IMG/VR virus record: IMGVR_UViG_2786546795_000004
Source of the DNA: an uncultured virus (IMG/VR IMGVR_UViG_2786546795_000004)
Taxonomy: Duplodnaviria > Heunggongvirae > Uroviricota > Caudoviricetes
Direction: 5' to 3' (one strand)
Length of the DNA: 20,000 bases
Both the position numbers and the translations under genes were made by a program. Positions 16,543 through 20,000 of the stretch are shown one piece after another. A model generated the notes under the pieces. That model ran no database searches, was not told the origin of the DNA, and saw only the letters and a program-made list of their open reading frames with translations. Numbering within the stretch: the first letter of the stretch is position 1; each line of letters starts with the position of its first letter.

Positions 16543-16556
16543 TACTTAAAGAGTTA
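16543..16556 (-). promoter_or_regulatory. TATA-like promoter
   Basis: The minus strand reads TAACTC-TTTAAGTA; box 16550..16543 is -30..-23 from ATG 16520. Confidence 0.55.
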
Positions 16557-16949
16557 GGAAGGAGAAGGGATTGTAGGAATTGATGTAGGGGTTAGCCAAC
16601 CTAAATCTATAGCATTATCGTATATGCTTAAGATATCTTCGTATTCTACTATGTCGCATATTGTTTCTTCGTAGGTATATCCTATTTCATAATCATTATA
16701 TGTTCTATTAGATACCCAAATAATATGCCCTTCCCATTCACTCTCAATAAACAACTCAACATATAATCTATAACCTTCATCATCATGTTTTTTGTCTATA
16801 ACACTACCCTCTATTGATTTACAAGAAAATGGATTTACTATGCTATCGGGTGGAGGAGAAGGTATAGACGGCCCTACCATACCCAAAAGGATAATCAAAG
16901 CCATAATATAAGCGACTGATTCCCCGTTATCACTATCATAGTCACTCAT
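16554..16949 (-). CDS. Acidic membrane-anchored hypothetical protein (131 aa)
   Basis: N-terminal TM VAYIMALIILLGMVG, Pro linker PSIPSPPP, then a small beta domain bracketed by two Cys. Confidence 0.65.
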   Translation of the reverse strand: MSDYDSDNGESVAYIMALIILLGMVGPSIPSPPPDSIVNPFSCKSIEGSVIDKKHDDEGYRLYVELFIESEWEGHIIWVSNRTYNDYEIGYTYEETICDIVEYEDILSIYDNAIDLGWLTPTSIPTIPSPS

Positions 16950-16971
16950 GTATAGGCTTGGGGTCTATCGT

Positions 16972-16981
16972 TAGTTAAATC
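16972..16981 (-). promoter_or_regulatory. TATA-like promoter
   Basis: The minus strand reads TTTAACTA at 16979..16972, -30..-23 from ATG 16949, directly after the upstream TGA. Confidence 0.45.
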
Positions 16982-17531
16982 ATCGCCAGCGCGGACCTTC
17001 AAACCAACCTACTAAACTGGTTCTATCTCCTTTAGTGATTGGACTTACACCATGTTCCAAATAAGATAAGAAGCATATTATAGAGCCACGCTTGATAAGC
17101 GCGGAGGGTTCGGGGTTTTGCGTGTGTGCAAAAGTAAGAACTCCTCCCTCGTAATCTTCGGGGTCACTTAACTGGACCACAATACTTAGTTTTCTGTGTA
17201 ATCCGTCTTGTCTGTTATAATCAACATCATGGTGCATATCATATTTATGACCCACATCAGAATACTCAGTAAACTGTAGGGGGGGTAATCTAGTTATTGT
17301 TGTTTGAAAGTATTGGTTTGCATCAAGCGCTATGTGCTTAAAAACATCGTGCATTTCTTGATAAACACCCTCATTCGATAACCACCTAATATCTGTCTTA
17401 CGGTGCGTGTCGTGTCCGCCAAAAGTCTTTGCCTCTTGAATAGGCGCTTGTCTACCTAAATCAATCCATCTCTCACAATCTTCATCAGAAAGGAATCCTT
17501 CATATAAGAGCCAATTAGGGTGGTTAATCAT
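16980..17531 (-). CDS. 2OG-Fe(II) oxygenase (prolyl-hydroxylase/PKHD-like)
   Basis: LQFTEY, HxD (MHHD), RKLSIVVQLS, YEGG, distal H (HGVSPI) and RTSLVGW. Likely start is ATG 17531 (MINHPNW). Confidence 0.92.
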   Translation of the reverse strand: MINHPNWLLYEGFLSDEDCERWIDLGRQAPIQEAKTFGGHDTHRKTDIRWLSNEGVYQEMHDVFKHIALDANQYFQTTITRLPPLQFTEYSDVGHKYDMHHDVDYNRQDGLHRKLSIVVQLSDPEDYEGGVLTFAHTQNPEPSALIKRGSIICFLSYLEHGVSPITKGDRTSLVGWFEGPRWR

Positions 17532-17550
17532 ACAACAACATACCAAGAGG

Positions 17551-17566
17551 ATTATTTAATAGGTTA
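17551..17566 (-). promoter_or_regulatory. TATA-like promoter
   Basis: The minus strand reads TAACC-TATTAAAT; box 17561..17554 is -30..-23 from ATG 17531. Confidence 0.45.
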
Positions 17567-18112
17567 GGAGTGTCCCCAAAAACCTATGTTGGTAGTATAT
17601 TCAGAGTATTTGTTTGTGATAAGAGTTCTATAGTCTTTCATTGTAAGGGAATTATCGACTAACCAAGTATCACCCCACACGGTATCAAAGGAACTACCCT
17701 CCGGCGGACTCCATGTTTCAAAGTCTGCAACCACCAATGTAAATGAATCATCCTTTGCACAATGGTCCCACACTAAATCCACCACATCCTGCTCTAGTTC
17801 TACAACTGTAACAGATGTTACATTTGGGTTATCTATTAGTGCTTGGTGTATCATTCCTATACCAAGACCGCCAATAAGAACATCACCCGTTGCATTATCC
17901 CATAACCATTGGTGTTCGTTGTATTCCGCTTCGGAGTCTTGCATTATGGGCATCCTACAACCATCTTTGATTAGAACCGTATGGTTATCATGTATTTCGT
18001 TTTTCATTTCTAAATACATTTTCCAATATCTTGATTCGGTTTCTCTTGTATAGTGCCTAATCATATAATTGCCCGATATTCCTTCGGGAATATTAACTTC
18101 TATTCTCGTCAT
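17564..18112 (-). CDS. Class I SAM-dependent methyltransferase (spermidine synthase-like fold)
   Basis: Motif I VLIGGLGIG, motif II VTVVELEQDVV, then VADF and FDTVWGDTW. Confidence 0.82.
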   Translation of the reverse strand: MTRIEVNIPEGISGNYMIRHYTRETESRYWKMYLEMKNEIHDNHTVLIKDGCRMPIMQDSEAEYNEHQWLWDNATGDVLIGGLGIGMIHQALIDNPNVTSVTVVELEQDVVDLVWDHCAKDDSFTLVVADFETWSPPEGSSFDTVWGDTWLVDNSLTMKDYRTLITNKYSEYTTNIGFWGHS

Positions 18113-18121
18113 GTTAAATCA

Positions 18122-18691
18122 CTAACTCTCTTGGAAATTGTAAGATACTGTAACTGAGGAAGCATCAGTAGTTCCGGCAGAATTAGTCGCTGATGCGAGT
18201 ATTTCTACTTCCACTACATCATCATGGGCAGGAAATGTTAAACCACCTCTACCCCCTCCAAATGCTATTTGCAGATATTTTCCTATGTTATCACTTGAGC
18301 CTGTTTCGTCTTGGGTTGTTGATGCAGTTCCTACAATTGAAGCACTTGTTCCGTTACTAAGAGAAGTATTGGGTGTTATTGCCGCATTCCAAGCAAAACT
18401 TGTTGCCCCTGTTGCCCGGATATATCCTTGATAGTGAACACTAGCATTATTCGCGCAACCAGTATAATAATCACTCCATCCGTCCAATGTTACATCTCTA
18501 TCAGCAGAACCTGTGCTAAACTCAGAACCATCTAAAATCATTGTTTCGTTATTACAGTTTGCTTCACCGGAGGCTATTGCATTATTGTAATTGCCCGAAG
18601 ATGATGTAGCAATACTAACACCTGTTGGTGCAGAAGTAGCACCCCCCTGTCCTGCTTGTGCAACTACACCCACTACACCTATAAAACTCAT
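18122..18691 (-). CDS. Ser/Thr/Gly-rich putative virion (fibre-associated) protein
   Basis: Likely start ATG 18691 (MSFIGVVGVVAQAG), 4 nt after the fibre stop codon; beta-rich low-charge composition. Confidence 0.55.
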   Translation of the reverse strand: MSFIGVVGVVAQAGQGGATSAPTGVSIATSSSGNYNNAIASGEANCNNETMILDGSEFSTGSADRDVTLDGWSDYYTGCANNASVHYQGYIRATGATSFAWNAAITPNTSLSNGTSASIVGTASTTQDETGSSDNIGKYLQIAFGGGRGGLTFPAHDDVVEVEILASATNSAGTTDASSVTVSYNFQES

Positions 18692-18695
18692 ACTA

Positions 18696-20000
18696 TTAGC
18701 CCACTTGAATCCATTTACTTGTCTGCACACAGATATAGGATGTTGCTTCGTGGTCTGCTACTGCTGCGTTAGCGGTCCAACCCGATACTATATCACAATT
18801 AGAAGCATTCAAAGCAACGGTAGCCGAACCACCCGTATTATTGAATATAGTATATTGAGTTCCTACTTCTCCACTTGCAGGTAAAGTTAATGTTCCTGCG
18901 GTCCAATAGACATACGAGCCGGTTTGTGCCTGTGTGAGTGTTGTGTTACCCGATACTGCTACAACATCTGCTTTACGATTATTGACCCAAGTTAGCGTTC
19001 CGCTACCATCGGTTTGTAAGACTTGATATGCTGAACCATCAGCCGCAGGGAATGTAAATGCGTCATTGAAAGTAATTGCACCTGCTGATGTTCCATGAAT
19101 CCATTTGGTTCTTCCTGTTCCATCAAAGTTCGCTATTGCTAATTCACGACCTGTAGTAGCACCCGTCATACCATCATCATTACCAATGACTATTTTTCCA
19201 TCTCCGGTTGTAACATTTGTTCCGGCATTATTACCTATCATTACATTGTAGTTGCCTTCTGTGACCCCTATACCACATTCATAACCAAGTATGGTGTTGC
19301 TAATTCCGGTTGTAATTGCTTTTCCGTTATCATATCCGAATAGAGAGTTTCTTTGCCCGGAAGTCATTACTGTTCCTGTTCCATAACCAACGGCGGTATT
19401 GAAATCCCCTGTAAGGGCCGCATCGAGTGAGTAGTTTCCAATGGCTATATTCTTTTCTCCACCGTCAATAGCCCCACCGAGAGCATCATAACCAATTGCT
19501 ATGTTGTCTGATTCTAGGTCTGCGGCATTATAGGCATAAGGGCCAATCGCTATGTTTCTAAGTCCTGTTGTATTAGCAGTTCCTGCTTCTTTACCAATGA
19601 ATATAGTATTTGAGGCAGTAGTTAAATTACGACCTGCACTTTCTCCTATTCCTATATTGTCGTCACCTGTTGTCGGTCCATCTCTAATAGCATATTGTCC
19701 TATTGCTATGTTGTTATTAGCAACACCATCAACGGCATACATCGCTTGATTTCCTATTGCTACATTGTATGAACAGGCAACACCGCCCGAAGTACCCGTA
19801 AGCGCATTAGTCCCTATTGCAGTATTACCTGCCCCATTAGTTATGTAGCGACCTGCACTTGAGCCTAAACCTACATTGTATGATTGAGTGGTTAAGTTTC
19901 CAAATACTTCCCAACCCCCTATTGCAGTATTACCACCACCCGTAGTCAAATTATTCAATGCTAAAGGCCCAATACCGACATTGTAATCACCACTTGTTAA
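18696..20000 (-). CDS. Fibre/adhesin with ~14-aa NxAIG beta-roll repeats (5'-truncated by the window edge)
   Basis: Frame is open to base 20000 (LTSGDYNVGIGPLALNNLTT...). Many N(T/I/V)(A/G)IG repeats of YadA-head style, a linker FTFPAADGSAYQVLQTDGSGTLTW and a C-terminal TLTLPA-type domain. Confidence 0.8.
   Translation of the reverse strand, partial: LTSGDYNVGIGPLALNNLTTGGGNTAIGGWEVFGNLTTQSYNVGLGSSAGRYITNGAGNTAIGTNALTGTSGGVACSYNVAIGNQAMYAVDGVANNNIAIGQYAIRDGPTTGDDNIGIGESAGRNLTTASNTIFIGKEAGTANTTGLRNIAIGPYAYNAADLESDNIAIGYDALGGAIDGGEKNIAIGNYSLDAALTGDFNTAVGYGTGTVMTSGQRNSLFGYDNGKAITTGISNTILGYECGIGVTEGNYNVMIGNNAGTNVTTGDGKIVIGNDDGMTGATTGRELAIANFDGTGRTKWIHGTSAGAITFNDAFTFPAADGSAYQVLQTDGSGTLTWVNNRKADVVAVSGNTTLTQAQTGSYVYWTAGTLTLPASGEVGTQYTIFNNTGGSATVALNASNCDIVSGWTANAAVADHEATSYICVQTSKWIQVG

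Noticed and set aside
17564..18112. DNA methyltransferase of a restriction-modification system
   Set aside because: No DPPY/NPPY or PC catalytic motif and no adjacent restriction enzyme; it resembles the spermidine synthase-like small-molecule/protein methyltransferase fold.
1343..19749. Short + strand ORFs in the track opposite the structural genes (e.g. 2048..2326, 11215..11532, 15885..16172, 18591..18884)
   Set aside because: All lie antisense to tiled - strand genes and show no recognisable motifs.
19150..20000. Periodic DNA similarity suggesting a CRISPR array or diversity-generating retroelement repeats
   Set aside because: The periodicity reflects degenerate 14-aa protein repeats; no identical repeats with spacers, no template/variable repeat pair and no reverse transcriptase were seen.
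1..20000. tRNA, rRNA, IS or integrase
   Set aside because: Intergenic gaps are at most about 50 bp, and no cloverleaf, transposase or recombinase motifs were seen.

Overview
A gene-dense segment of an archaeal tailed dsDNA virus (Caudoviricetes, siphovirus-type non-contractile tail), most likely a marine Poseidoniales (MGII) 'magrovirus'-like genome; the host call is inference from gene content, GGTGA-type RBSs and TATA-like promoters. The + strand (1-1336) carries the end of a replication block: primase large-subunit C-terminal domain, two small Zn-finger genes (one missing from the ORF track) and an XPF/ERCC4-HhH nuclease. It converges on a - strand morphogenesis block. In transcription order this block holds a repeat fibre, a Ser/Thr-rich virion protein, a SAM methyltransferase, a 2OG-Fe(II) oxygenase, small membrane proteins (one with TM + EF-hand-like loop + SAP domain), head-tail adaptor, neck, tail terminator-like protein, tail tube, a tail chaperone pair, tape measure and a 2302-aa tail-tip protein. 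The best-supported hidden signals are (1) a -1 frameshift site C CCU UUU that fuses the two chaperone ORFs, with a downstream complementary segment, and (2) a family of TATA-like promoters abutting upstream stop codons, four lying exactly -30..-23 from an ATG. The most novel-looking element is the membrane-anchored SAP protein with two neighbouring membrane proteins. No tRNA, rRNA, CRISPR or IS element was seen. All family assignments are by motif recognition and synteny, not database searches.
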